This document shows positions 7,453 through 16,164 of a stretch of 32,000 nt of DNA, piece after piece; within the stretch, counting starts at the first letter, position 1; each line of letters starts with the position of its first letter. Location of the stretch: NCBI RefSeq assembly GCF_019464535.1, contig NZ_CP080507.1:3120001-3152000 (forward strand), written 5' to 3'. Origin of the DNA: Horticoccus luteus (GTDB lineage: Bacteria > Verrucomicrobiota > Verrucomicrobiia > Opitutales > Opitutaceae). The position numbers and the translations under genes were made by a program. A model generated the notes under the pieces. That model had not been told where the DNA came from. It saw only the letters and a program-made list of their open reading frames with translations, and did not search any database.

Positions 7453-8460
7453 CTACACCAGCTCCTGCGGGAAACGCGCGAAGACAATCTTCCCGCCCGC
7501 CGACGGCAGCACGCTGACGATCTCGGCGTTCACGCGCCGGCCGACGAACTCCCGTCCGCCTTGCACGACGACCATCGAGCCGTCTTCCAAAAATCCCACG
7601 CCCTGCCCTTCGTCTTTGCCCGCCTTCACCAGCTCCACCTCCAACGTTTCTCCCAGCATCAACTCCGGCCGCACCGCCTTCGCGAGCAAGTTCAGATTCA
7701 GCCACGTGACGCCGTGGAACTCCGCCATTTTGGCGAGATTGTAGTCCGTGGTCAGCAACTTCGCGCGCATCGATTGCGCGAGGAAGACCAGCTTCGCATC
7801 CACGTCTTCCGGTTTGGCCACTTCGCTTTCCGGCACCCGGATTTCGAGCCGCGGGATGCGCCGCAGATCGTTGAGCACTTCCAGTCCGCGCCGCCCGCGC
7901 GCCTGCCGCTGCGGGTCATTCGAACCCGCAATCGCTTGCAACTCCCGCAGCACGAAACGCGGAATCACCAGCGCCCCGCCGAGAAACCCCGTGTCGCACA
8001 ACCGCGCGATCCGTCCGTCGATCAGCGCACTCGTGTCCACCACGACCAGCGGCACGTCGACTTCTTGCGGCACGAAACGCACATACGGAATCACGAGGTT
8101 AAACTCATCCTTCCCGCGCAACGCGATCACCGTGCACAAATACGTGCTCACGATGAACAACGCCAGCCGGGCGAGAAACACGATCTGGTCCTCGCCCTTG
8201 TCGAACAGCGGCGACGTGCCCACCAGATACGAGATCAGCGCGCCCACCGCCAAACCAAACGTGATGGCCGACAGCCCGCGCAGCGAAAATCCCTTCAACA
8301 ACACGTCGACCAGCACCACCAGCAAGCCGATCAACAGCCCGATGCCCGCCGCCAGCCACCAATAGTGATCCCACTCGCGCACCGTGTAACACACCAGCCA
8401 GCCCGACGCCGCGCAGAGCGCCACAAACACACCTCGAATGGCGATGATCGTCGTCTTCAT
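7453..8460 (-). CDS. Membrane-anchored PIN-domain plus TRAM-domain protein (YacL-type architecture)
   Basis: Track ORF, 335 aa. About four N-terminal hydrophobic helices, then a PIN-like core (PLVVVDTSALIDGRI...LLTTDYNL). The C-terminus is TRAM-like (GETLEVELVKAGKDEGQGVGFLEDGSMVVVQGG...VNAEIVSVLPSAGGKIVFA). Confidence 0.85.
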   Translation of the reverse strand: MKTTIIAIRGVFVALCAASGWLVCYTVREWDHYWWLAAGIGLLIGLLVVLVDVLLKGFSLRGLSAITFGLAVGALISYLVGTSPLFDKGEDQIVFLARLALFIVSTYLCTVIALRGKDEFNLVIPYVRFVPQEVDVPLVVVDTSALIDGRIARLCDTGFLGGALVIPRFVLRELQAIAGSNDPQRQARGRRGLEVLNDLRRIPRLEIRVPESEVAKPEDVDAKLVFLAQSMRAKLLTTDYNLAKMAEFHGVTWLNLNLLAKAVRPELMLGETLEVELVKAGKDEGQGVGFLEDGSMVVVQGGREFVGRRVNAEIVSVLPSAGGKIVFARFPQELV

Positions 8461-8463
8461 GCC

Positions 8464-8580
8464 TCAGCGTTGCGTGTAAAAATACAGCGCCACGGGCAGC
8501 GTCACCAAGAAGGCAATCAGCAGGATGAGCACAATTTGCACGCGCTGGCCTTTAATCTTTTCAGCCTCCTCCGGGTCCAT
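8464..8580 (-). CDS. 38-aa single-pass membrane micro-protein (hypothetical)
   Basis: Below the track size cutoff. It runs from ATG 8580 to TGA 8464: MDPEEAEKIKGQRVQIVLILLIAFLVTLPVALYFYTQR. It has one hydrophobic helix and host-like G/C-ending codons. Its stop is separated from the PIN-TRAM ATG (8460) by only 3 nt (TGA-GGC-ATG), which suggests co-translation. Confidence 0.45.
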   Translation of the reverse strand: MDPEEAEKIKGQRVQIVLILLIAFLVTLPVALYFYTQR

Positions 8581-8611
8581 TTGACTCGCATAGCATTTCA
8601 CGTCCCGCCCG

Positions 8612-9040
8612 ATGACAAATCAATACTGGTTGGTGAAGTCCGAACCCGCTTCCTATTCGTGGACTGATTTCGTCCGCGATGGTCGCGCCGACTGGACCGG
8701 CGTCCGCAATTACGCCGCCCGCAATAATCTCCAGGCCATGCGCGCGGGCGACCACGTTCTCTTCTACGAGAGCGTCACCACCAAAGCCGTCGTTGGCCTC
8801 GCCGAGGTCACGAAGACCGCCTTCCCCGATCCCACCGCCGACGAACCCGCCTGGGTCGCCGTCGGCTTGAAGCCACTGCAACCGCTCCCGAAACCCGTCA
8901 CGCTCGCGCAAATCAAAGCCGACGATGCGCTCGTCGACATCGCGTTGCTGCGCCTCAGCCGCCTTTCCGTCGTGCCGTTGAAACCCGCCGAATTCTCCCA
9001 CCTCGTCCGGCTCGGCGGCGGGAAAAGCCGCCCGCGCTGA
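8612..9040 (+). CDS. EVE (PUA-like, DUF55/THYN1-type) domain protein
   Basis: Track ORF, 142 aa. YWLVKSEPASYSW...WTGVRNYAARNNLQAMRAGDHVLFYES...AVVGLAEV match the EVE domain pattern over the full length. Confidence 0.88.
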   Translation: MTNQYWLVKSEPASYSWTDFVRDGRADWTGVRNYAARNNLQAMRAGDHVLFYESVTTKAVVGLAEVTKTAFPDPTADEPAWVAVGLKPLQPLPKPVTLAQIKADDALVDIALLRLSRLSVVPLKPAEFSHLVRLGGGKSRPR

Positions 9041-9055
9041 CTGCCGCCGCCGCGC

Positions 9056-10696
9056 TCACTCGCGCGGCCATTCGACCACCACGCGAAAGCCCCGGTCCGC
9101 GGCGCGCGACTTCTTGTCCACCGTCGTCGTTGCCGCCGACCTTCCCGCCGGCTCACCGGCGCGGCCGGCCAGCGGGCTCACCGGCGCCTCCGGCGCGGCG
9201 GATTCGGCCTGCAACCATTCCGCCACGCTGCCGCGTCGCGCGTAGAGTTGCGCATCTGCCGCACCGCTCGCCACTGCCGCCTCCAACTCGTGCGCCGTGG
9301 GTAAACGCACCACGGCGCCCAGCAGCCAGCCCGTCCGCTGGCAAAACTCCTGCGCCTCCGCCCACGTGACGGATTCCACCGGCTGCGCATCTCCGCGCGT
9401 GCGACTGGGATTGTCGGTCATCACCGCCCCATACAGCCGTTGATCAACCGGCCCGCGCAGAATCAACCCGCGTTCGTTGCCCGGCAACGGCAGCAACTGC
9501 GCATAAATCCCGTCCTGCCACGCGCTCAACCGCCCTTGCGCATGCAGCAAAAATTCCAGCTTCAACTTCAATCCCGGCGTCAGCCGCGTGCTCTTCGGCC
9601 ACTTCGCCGCCACCGCCGCCACTTGCGCCGCCGCCTTCGCCACATCGTCCTCCGCCGCCAGAATCTGCCGCTTGCGCAAAAACGCCGCGGCTTCGCGATC
9701 AAGCGCGACCACTTCGTCGAGCGGTGCCGCCGATTCCGCCGTCTGCCGCTTCACCTCCAGCGCCTCAACCCTTTCCGCCGACGCAAACCGGCTCTGCGGA
9801 AACCGCTCGTTGAGTTCGCGCTGCACGCTTTGCGCCATCGCATACCACGCCGTGGCATCCAGCCACCGCCGCGCCTCCATCGCCGCATCCGCCCCGCGTT
9901 CGCGCTTGTCGCTCTCCGTCCGCTGCGCCCGCGCCGCGTAGCGCGCCAGTTCCGCATCGTAGCGATCGATCGCCCCGATATTCGCGTCCGCCGAGCGCGC
10001 GAATTTCTGGTTGATCGTCAACTGCGCCTCCCGCGCGTCCTTCAACGCCTGCACGAGCGCATCCCAATCGCCCGCGTCCGTCGCCGCTGCGATGCGTTCC
10101 TCCGCCTCGCGCACCGCCGCCGCGAGCGGCGCCAGATCGCCGCGCTCCACGCGTTGCGTGAGTTGCAACTCCCGCGCGAAATCCTTCAACCGCGCATCCG
10201 CCGGGCTAAGGTTGATCGCGTGCTGCAGCGCGAGCGCCGCCCGATACTTCGCCAGCGCGCGACCCGCATGGCCCGCCGTTCCCTCCGCCTCTGCTTCGTT
10301 CAACAACGCCTCCAGCTCCGCGCCTTTCGCCGCCATCGCCAGCGACGCCCGCGCGCGCTCCAAACGCTCCAACCGCTCCTGCTGATCGCGGCCGACCTGC
10401 GCCACCGCCGCATTCAACGCCCGCTGTTTCTCGATGGCCGTCTCGAGCGTTGCCACCTGCTCCGCCGCTGTCTGTCCCGGCGCTTCCGCTGCCCGCTCCA
10501 ACGCGGCGATGTCGCCCGAGACCTTGTATTGCCCGGCGTTCAACGTCGTGACCGCCGGCGTGGCATTCCCCGGCGCCGCGATGTTCGGCCCGAGTGTCGC
10601 CAAAAAATAATACAGCGCCCCCAGCGCCGCCACTCCCAGCGCGCCCAGAATCCATCGCTTCCAGCGCACGGGATGATGAGCGTCTTCGTAAGACAT
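9056..10696 (-). CDS. Membrane-anchored coiled-coil protein with C-terminal FGE-sulfatase (SUMF1-like) domain
   Basis: Track ORF 9056..11623 trimmed to ATG 10696 (MSYEDAHHPVRWKRWILGALGVAALGALYYFL, a TM anchor). Everything upstream is antisense to tyrA. About 380 aa of Ala/Glu/Arg-rich helical sequence follow. The FGE-like end is DNPSRTRGDAQPVESVTWAEAQEFCQRTGW...RLPTAHELEAA...GFRVVVE. Confidence 0.8.
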   Translation of the reverse strand: MSYEDAHHPVRWKRWILGALGVAALGALYYFLATLGPNIAAPGNATPAVTTLNAGQYKVSGDIAALERAAEAPGQTAAEQVATLETAIEKQRALNAAVAQVGRDQQERLERLERARASLAMAAKGAELEALLNEAEAEGTAGHAGRALAKYRAALALQHAINLSPADARLKDFARELQLTQRVERGDLAPLAAAVREAEERIAAATDAGDWDALVQALKDAREAQLTINQKFARSADANIGAIDRYDAELARYAARAQRTESDKRERGADAAMEARRWLDATAWYAMAQSVQRELNERFPQSRFASAERVEALEVKRQTAESAAPLDEVVALDREAAAFLRKRQILAAEDDVAKAAAQVAAVAAKWPKSTRLTPGLKLKLEFLLHAQGRLSAWQDGIYAQLLPLPGNERGLILRGPVDQRLYGAVMTDNPSRTRGDAQPVESVTWAEAQEFCQRTGWLLGAVVRLPTAHELEAAVASGAADAQLYARRGSVAEWLQAESAAPEAPVSPLAGRAGEPAGRSAATTTVDKKSRAADRGFRVVVEWPRE

Positions 10697-10786
10697 GAGG
10701 CGCGTCGGGATTGAGCCCAAACGTCTTCGAACGCAACTCGCGATCCCCTCTCGACAGTCTTCCCGCTTTGGCTTTTGCACAGAAGC

Positions 10787-11641
10787 GTGTTTCGCCAGAT
10801 TTCCATTCTCGCACCCGGTTTGCTCGGCGGCTCCGTCGCTCAAGCCGCCCGCGCCCGCGGCCTCGCGAAACAAATCGTGATCTGGGCCCGCCGCCCTGAG
10901 GTGCGCCTCGCGTTGCGCGGTCAGCCGTGGTGCGACGCCACCGCCGACTCCCCCGCCGCCGCCGTGCGCGACGCCGACCTCATCGTCCTCGCTCCACCCG
11001 TCGATCGCATCGCGCCCCTGACGGCGGAGATCGCCGACCATGTCGCGCCCGGCGCCCTCGTCACCGACGTCGGCAGTGTGAAAGCCGAAATCTCCCGCCT
11101 CGGCCACGCCGCGCTCTCCGGCCGCGCGCACTTCGTCGGCTCGCATCCCATGGCCGGCTCCGCCCACACCGGCTGGGAAAACGCCTCGCCCGATCTTTTC
11201 GCGCACCGCGTGTGCTTTGTCACACCGCGGCCCGACACCGATCCCGCCGCCGCCGAACGCGTCGCCCGCTTCTGGCGCGAGCTCGGCAGCGAAGTCGTGA
11301 CGGTCGCCCCCGATGCCCACGACGAGATCGTCGCGCACATCAGCCACCTCCCGCAGGTGCTCGCCACCACGCTCTGCACTTTCCTCGCCGCGCGCCAACC
11401 AGGCTGGCGCAACTTTGCCGGCGGCGGATTGCGCGACACCACCCGCATCGCCGCCAGCGACCCCGCGATGTGGCGCGCCATCCTCGAGCAAAACCGCGAC
11501 GAAATCCTCCGCGCGCTCCGCGCGTTCCAAGACGAGCTGCAGGGCTTTTCCGCCGCGCTCGCCAACCGCGATTACCTCGAACTCACTGCGCGCCTCGAAC
11601 GCGGCAAAACGTTCCGCGAACAATTCCGGCCCCTGCCCTGA
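10787..11641 (+). CDS. tyrA: Prephenate dehydrogenase
   Basis: Track ORF 10775..11641 (TTG). GTG 10787 gives MFRQISILAPGLLGGS, a Rossmann G-x-G-x-x-G-type start. Also present: VGSHPMAGS, DAHDEIVAHISHLPQ and LRDTTRIAASDPAMW, all typical of TyrA. Confidence 0.85.
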   Translation: MFRQISILAPGLLGGSVAQAARARGLAKQIVIWARRPEVRLALRGQPWCDATADSPAAAVRDADLIVLAPPVDRIAPLTAEIADHVAPGALVTDVGSVKAEISRLGHAALSGRAHFVGSHPMAGSAHTGWENASPDLFAHRVCFVTPRPDTDPAAAERVARFWRELGSEVVTVAPDAHDEIVAHISHLPQVLATTLCTFLAARQPGWRNFAGGGLRDTTRIAASDPAMWRAILEQNRDEILRALRAFQDELQGFSAALANRDYLELTARLERGKTFREQFRPLP

Positions 11642-11696
11642 CGCAACCGCCGCGCGTTGCGCCGCCGCCGCGAGCCGTCACTCTGTCCTCCTGCTC

Positions 11697-12989
11697 ATGA
11701 CTTTCCCCGACCTTCTGCCGATTCAACCCTTCACCCGCCCGGTGCAAGGCGCCGTGACGCTGCCCGGTTCGAAGAGCCTCACCAATCGCGCGCTCCTCCT
11801 CGCCGCGTTGTGCGACCAACCCGTCACGCTCACGGGCGCGCTCTTCAGCGAAGACACCACGCTCATGGCCGCGGCCCTCCGCCAGCTCGGCTTCACCGTG
11901 GAAACGAATGCCGACGCCGGCACCGCCCGCGTCGCCGGCCAGGAAAACGCGTTTCAGTCCACCGCGCCCGTCGATCTCTTCGTCGGCCTCGCCGGCACCG
12001 CCGCCCGCTTTCTCACCGCGCTTTGCGCCGCCGCGCCCCGCGGTGTCTATCGTCTCGACGGCGTCCCGCAGATGCGCAAACGGCCGATGAAACCGCTGCT
12101 CGACGCCCTGCGCGCCCTCGGCGCCGACATCCGTTGCCCCGGCGAAGAAGGTTTTTTCCCGCTCGAAATCCACGCCGCCGGCCTCCGCGGCGGCTCCGTC
12201 GCCGTCGATGCGAGCGAAAGCAGCCAGCTCCTCTCCGCGCTCCTGATGGTCGCGCCGCTCGCGCGCGGCCCCGTCGACGTCACACTCCCCGGTCGCGTGC
12301 GCTGGACGTTTGTCGAGATGACGTTTCGCCTCATGGCGGAGTTCGGCGTAAAAATATCTCCCCACGAGAAAACGCGTTTCGCCCTTTCGCCCGCCCGCTA
12401 CGTATCGTCCGGCGACTACGCCATCGAGCCCGACGCTTCCGCCGCGAGTTATTTCCAAGCGCTCCCGCTTGTCGTCGGCGGCGAACTCACGTTTCCCGGG
12501 CTGCGCCCGCCCGGCGAAGGCCTGCAGGGTGACTCCGCGTTTGCCGGCGTGCTCACACGTGTGCGCGCGCGTCCGCCCGGTGCGACGCTCGACGAAGACT
12601 TTCACGAAATCTCCGACACCTTCCTCACCCTCGCCGCCATCGCGCCGCTCCTCGGCGGGCCGACGCGCATCAGCGGCATCGCCCACACCCGCAAACAGGA
12701 AACCGACCGCGTCGCCGGCATGGCCCGCGAGCTCACGCGCCTCGGCCAGCACGTGATCGAATCCGACGACGCTCTCGAAATTCACCCGCGCCCACTGCGC
12801 ACGGACACCACGATCGAGACCTACGGCGACCACCGTTTCGCCATGAGCTTCGGGATTCTGGGCTGCCACGACCTCCACCGCAGCGGCCGCCCGTGGCTCA
12901 CCGTGCGCGACCCGGCCTGCTGCACGAAAACTTTCCCGCACTTTTTTGAGTTGCTGGCGGAGTTGCGCAAAAAATCCTTGTCCGCGTGA
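11697..12989 (+). CDS. aroA: 3-phosphoshikimate 1-carboxyvinyltransferase (EPSP synthase)
   Basis: Track ORF 11313..12989 trimmed to in-frame ATG 11697 (MTFPDLLPIQPF...VTLPGSKSLTNRALLLAAL). Also present: KRPMKPLLDALRALGA, the ETDRV block and DHRFAMSF. The stretch upstream of 11697 overlaps the tyrA coding region. Confidence 0.92.
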   Translation: MTFPDLLPIQPFTRPVQGAVTLPGSKSLTNRALLLAALCDQPVTLTGALFSEDTTLMAAALRQLGFTVETNADAGTARVAGQENAFQSTAPVDLFVGLAGTAARFLTALCAAAPRGVYRLDGVPQMRKRPMKPLLDALRALGADIRCPGEEGFFPLEIHAAGLRGGSVAVDASESSQLLSALLMVAPLARGPVDVTLPGRVRWTFVEMTFRLMAEFGVKISPHEKTRFALSPARYVSSGDYAIEPDASAASYFQALPLVVGGELTFPGLRPPGEGLQGDSAFAGVLTRVRARPPGATLDEDFHEISDTFLTLAAIAPLLGGPTRISGIAHTRKQETDRVAGMARELTRLGQHVIESDDALEIHPRPLRTDTTIETYGDHRFAMSFGILGCHDLHRSGRPWLTVRDPACCTKTFPHFFELLAELRKKSLSA

Positions 12990-13657
12990 TGACCAGCACC
13001 CCCTTTCTCATCGTCGCGATCGATGGCGGCGCCGCGTCCGGCAAGTCCTCCTCCTCGCGCACGCTGAGCGAGCGTTTCAACCTGCTCCACGTCGACACCG
13101 GCTCCTATTACCGCGCGGTCACCGCGGAAATGCTGCGGCAAAACGTCCGCGCAGACGACCCCGCCGCCGTGCACGCCGCGCTCGCCCGCCTCGCCCTCGG
13201 CACCCGCGTCGACGGCCGCTCCGCCGTCATGACGCTCGGCGATCGCGCCGCGGGCGACGAAATTCGCAGCCGCGAAGTCAACGACCACGTCTCCCACTTC
13301 GCCGCGATCCCCGAACTCCGCGCCGCGCTCCTCACCTATCAACGCAGCCAGGCCGACGTCGCCCGCGCGCACGGCTTTCGCGGGCTGGTGATGGAGGGGC
13401 GCGACATCGGCTCCGTGATTTTTCCCGACGCCGATTTCCGTTTCTTTCTTCACGCCGACCAGGTCGAGCGCGCCCGCCGCCGTGCGCAGGAAGGCCAGCA
13501 GGATTCGATCGCCGAACGCGACCGCCTCGACTCCTCGCGCAAAGCCTCGCCGCTCACCTGCCCGGCGGGCGCCACGTCGATCGATACGACCCACCTCACC
13601 TTGGCCGAAGTTGTCGACCGCATGGCCGCCGCCATCGCCACGAAACTCCCCGCATGA
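12986..13657 (+). CDS. cmk: (d)CMP kinase (cytidylate kinase)
   Basis: Track ORF, 223 aa. P-loop IAIDGGAASGKSS, then HVDTGSYYRAVT. The start GTG 12986 (or ATG 12989) overlaps the aroA stop (12987..12989). Confidence 0.9.
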   Translation: MMTSTPFLIVAIDGGAASGKSSSSRTLSERFNLLHVDTGSYYRAVTAEMLRQNVRADDPAAVHAALARLALGTRVDGRSAVMTLGDRAAGDEIRSREVNDHVSHFAAIPELRAALLTYQRSQADVARAHGFRGLVMEGRDIGSVIFPDADFRFFLHADQVERARRRAQEGQQDSIAERDRLDSSRKASPLTCPAGATSIDTTHLTLAEVVDRMAAAIATKLPA

Positions 13658-14313
13658 GCCGCGTGTTCCGCCAAGTCGAGATGGAGCCGGTTTACGGCTT
13701 CTTCCACTATCTGAGCACGGTCATTTACAGCCTGGCGTTTCGCGGCGAAATCGTCGGCCAGGAAAACCTGCCCGCGACCGGCGCATTTCTGATCGCCTCC
13801 AATCACGCGAGCTACATCGACCCGCCTGTGCTCGGCTCCGCGGTCCCCCGGCAACTCTGCTTTTTCGCGCGCAAAACCCTTTGGAAACCCGGCATCGCCT
13901 CGTGGTGGCTCGACACCGTGGGCACGATTCCCGTCGATCGCGATGGCGGTCAGGACATCAGCGCGTTGAAACGCGTGCTGCGCACGTTGAAGGAAAACAA
14001 AGGCCTGATTCTTTTTCCCGAAGGCACGCGCTCGCCCGACGGTAATTTGCAGCCCCCGAAGGCTGGCGTCGGCTTCATTGTCTGCCGTTCGCAAGTCCCC
14101 GTGGTGCCCGCGCGCATTTTCGGCTCGTTCGAAGCGTTTGGCCGCCAGAGCGGCCTGCGCCTCGGCCGCCCGATCTCCATCGTGTTCGGAACACCGCTTT
14201 CGCCCGCCGATTACGACGATCCGGCTGACGGCAAAGAACGTTATCAACGCGCCAGCGAACGCATCATGGCCGCGATTGCGCGCCTGAATCTGCCGCCGCC
14301 GGTTGTCGTCTAA
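13654..14313 (+). CDS. plsC: 1-acyl-sn-glycerol-3-phosphate acyltransferase
   Basis: Track ORF 12946..14313 trimmed to ATG 13654, which overlaps the cmk stop (ATGA). It carries the acyltransferase motifs NHASYID (H-x4-D) and FPEGTRS. Confidence 0.85.
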   Translation: MSRVFRQVEMEPVYGFFHYLSTVIYSLAFRGEIVGQENLPATGAFLIASNHASYIDPPVLGSAVPRQLCFFARKTLWKPGIASWWLDTVGTIPVDRDGGQDISALKRVLRTLKENKGLILFPEGTRSPDGNLQPPKAGVGFIVCRSQVPVVPARIFGSFEAFGRQSGLRLGRPISIVFGTPLSPADYDDPADGKERYQRASERIMAAIARLNLPPPVVV

Positions 14314-14335
14314 CGACGCTTCGCGACCGTCTCGC

Positions 14336-15301
14336 TCACTCGATGCCGCACGCCTTGCGCGCGCGCTGGAGCACCCCGCTCGCCGTCGCGCGCGCCCGCT
14401 GCGCACCGTCGCGCAACACACTTTCCACGTAATCCAGATTGGCCGCGAGCTCCGCGCGCTTCACGCGATACGGCGCAAAGTAATTCCAGTAGTGCTCGAA
14501 GAGCGCCTTCTTCAAATCGCCATAACCAAGACCGCCTGCGCGCAGGCGATTCTCAAAGTCCGCCGCCGCGTCAGCCGGCGCCACGAGCTTCAAAAGTTGG
14601 ATCGCGAGATTTTTCTCTGCGTCCGGCTTCGGTTCCGCCGGTGTGCGCGAATCCATCACGATGCCCATGATTTTTTTCCGCAGGGCTTTCTCGTCGCCGA
14701 AAATCTCCACCGTGTTGCCGTAGCTCTTGCTCATCTTCTGGCCATCGAGCCCCGGCACCACGGCCACTTCGCCGCGGATTTCCTCCTCCGGCACCACGAA
14801 CGTTTCGCCGTAGGTCTGGTTGAACTTGATGGCGATGTCGCGCGTCATTTCCACGTGCTGCTTCTGATCTTTCCCAACCGGCACGAGGTTTGTGTCGTAG
14901 AGCAGAATGTCGGCGGCCATGAGCACGGGATAAGCGAACAAACCGAAGTTCGGCGAAATGCCCTTCGCCGTCTTGTCTTTGTAACTGTGCGCGCGTTCCA
15001 AGAGTCCCATCGGCGTCAGCGAGCCGATCAGCCACGTGAGTTCGCACACCTCCGGCAGATCGCTCTGCTTCCAAAACACCGCCTTCTGCGGATCGAGCCC
15101 GCACGCCAGCCAGTCGAGGGCGATTTCCAGCGTGAACTGCCGCCGGCGCACCGGATCGGTCAGGGCCGTCATCGAGTGATAATCCGCGATGAAGTAAAAC
15201 GCCTCGCCGCGATCCTGCAGTTCGATCGCCGGTCGCATCGCGCCGAAATAGTTGCCGATATGCAAGGTGCCCGAGGGCGTGATGCCAGTGAGGATGCGCA
15301 T
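14336..15301 (-). CDS. trpS: Tryptophan--tRNA ligase
   Basis: Track ORF, 321 aa. TPSGTLHIGNYFGA (HIGH-type), KMSKS and the overall class-I TrpRS pattern are present. Convergent with plsC across a 22-nt gap. Confidence 0.95.
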   Translation of the reverse strand: MRILTGITPSGTLHIGNYFGAMRPAIELQDRGEAFYFIADYHSMTALTDPVRRRQFTLEIALDWLACGLDPQKAVFWKQSDLPEVCELTWLIGSLTPMGLLERAHSYKDKTAKGISPNFGLFAYPVLMAADILLYDTNLVPVGKDQKQHVEMTRDIAIKFNQTYGETFVVPEEEIRGEVAVVPGLDGQKMSKSYGNTVEIFGDEKALRKKIMGIVMDSRTPAEPKPDAEKNLAIQLLKLVAPADAAADFENRLRAGGLGYGDLKKALFEHYWNYFAPYRVKRAELAANLDYVESVLRDGAQRARATASGVLQRARKACGIE

Positions 15302-15398
15302 GTTGATCTTACTTTTCTCTTAAACGTTTCCGACCGTCACTCTCCGCAGAACCCGCGGAAAGAGAAAGGCGAAAACGCTCCGCTCGCCGCTCCGTCGC

Positions 15399-16079
15399 TC
15401 AGTCCCGCCGCGCCAGCATTTGCAACGCCGGCCGGTTGCGCACGAGCGTCGCCGCCGGCAGCGTGCCGCTGAACGAAGTCAACGGCATCACCAACGCCCG
15501 CCGCCCGAGAATTGTCCCGGGATTGAGCACCGCGTTGCACCCGACTTCCGCGCCGTCGCCGATCAACGCGCCCAATTTTCGCCGCCCGCTGTCCACGCGC
15601 CCCTCGGGCAGATCGACCGTCACGTTCTGCTGGTCGAGCCGCAGATTGGAGCAGATCACGCCGGCGCCGAGATGCGCGCCATTGCCCAGCACCGAATCGC
15701 CGACGTAGCTGAAATGCGGCACCTGCACGCGATCGAGCAGCAGGCAATTTTTGAACTCGCACGCGTTGCCCAGCACGCAGCGTTCGCCCACGATCACGTT
15801 GCCGCGGATAAACGCCCCCGGCCGGATTTCCGTGCCGGCGCCAATCCACGTCGGACCGATGATCGTCGCATGCGCCGGCAGCTTCACCGTCGGATGCAGA
15901 TAAACCAATCCGTCCACCTGCACGCCCGGCGGACGCGGTGGCAGGGTCCCCTCAAACGCCTGCGCCGCGAGCGCCCGGCCGATCTCCTTCACCCACGCCC
16001 ATGGCGCCGCCTCCGCCGGAAAATACGCGGCAAACACCCTCAACGACTCGGGCAGATCGAACAATTCGGCAGCTTTCAT
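15399..16079 (-). CDS. Hexapeptide-repeat (left-handed beta-helix) transferase-family protein, GlmU C-terminal-like
   Basis: Track ORF 15399..16157 trimmed to ATG 16079 (MKAAELFDLPESL). It has successive [LIV]-G-x-x-x-x hexapeptide turns (IGAGTEIRPGAFIRGNVIVGERCVLGNACEFKN...VGDSVLGNGAHLGAGVICSN...IGDGAEVGCNAVLNPGTILG). Confidence 0.75.
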   Translation of the reverse strand: MKAAELFDLPESLRVFAAYFPAEAAPWAWVKEIGRALAAQAFEGTLPPRPPGVQVDGLVYLHPTVKLPAHATIIGPTWIGAGTEIRPGAFIRGNVIVGERCVLGNACEFKNCLLLDRVQVPHFSYVGDSVLGNGAHLGAGVICSNLRLDQQNVTVDLPEGRVDSGRRKLGALIGDGAEVGCNAVLNPGTILGRRALVMPLTSFSGTLPAATLVRNRPALQMLARRD

Positions 16080-16164
16080 GACGCAAAATGACCGGCGGAT
16101 TTCCGCTTGATGCGCGCGACCGTGACGCCCCGCCCGCGTCCCCGCAAGCTCGCGCACCGCGCCC

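Noticed and set aside
7561-8667. 368-aa + strand ORF
   Set aside because: It is antisense to the PIN-TRAM gene and the micro-ORF. It has His/Arg/Gln-rich composition and runs into the real EVE gene region in another frame.
9440-10714. 424-aa + strand ORF
   Set aside because: It is antisense to the coiled-coil FGE gene. The extremely Arg-rich sequence (RRxRR runs) is the mirror of Ala/Glu-rich coiled-coil codons.
10697-11623. N-terminal 309 codons of track ORF 9056..11623 (855 aa)
   Set aside because: This stretch is antisense to tyrA and Gly/Ala/Arg-rich. The real protein begins at ATG 10696 with a TM anchor.
14303-15472. 389-aa + strand ORF
   Set aside because: It is antisense to trpS, which has unambiguous class-I synthetase motifs.
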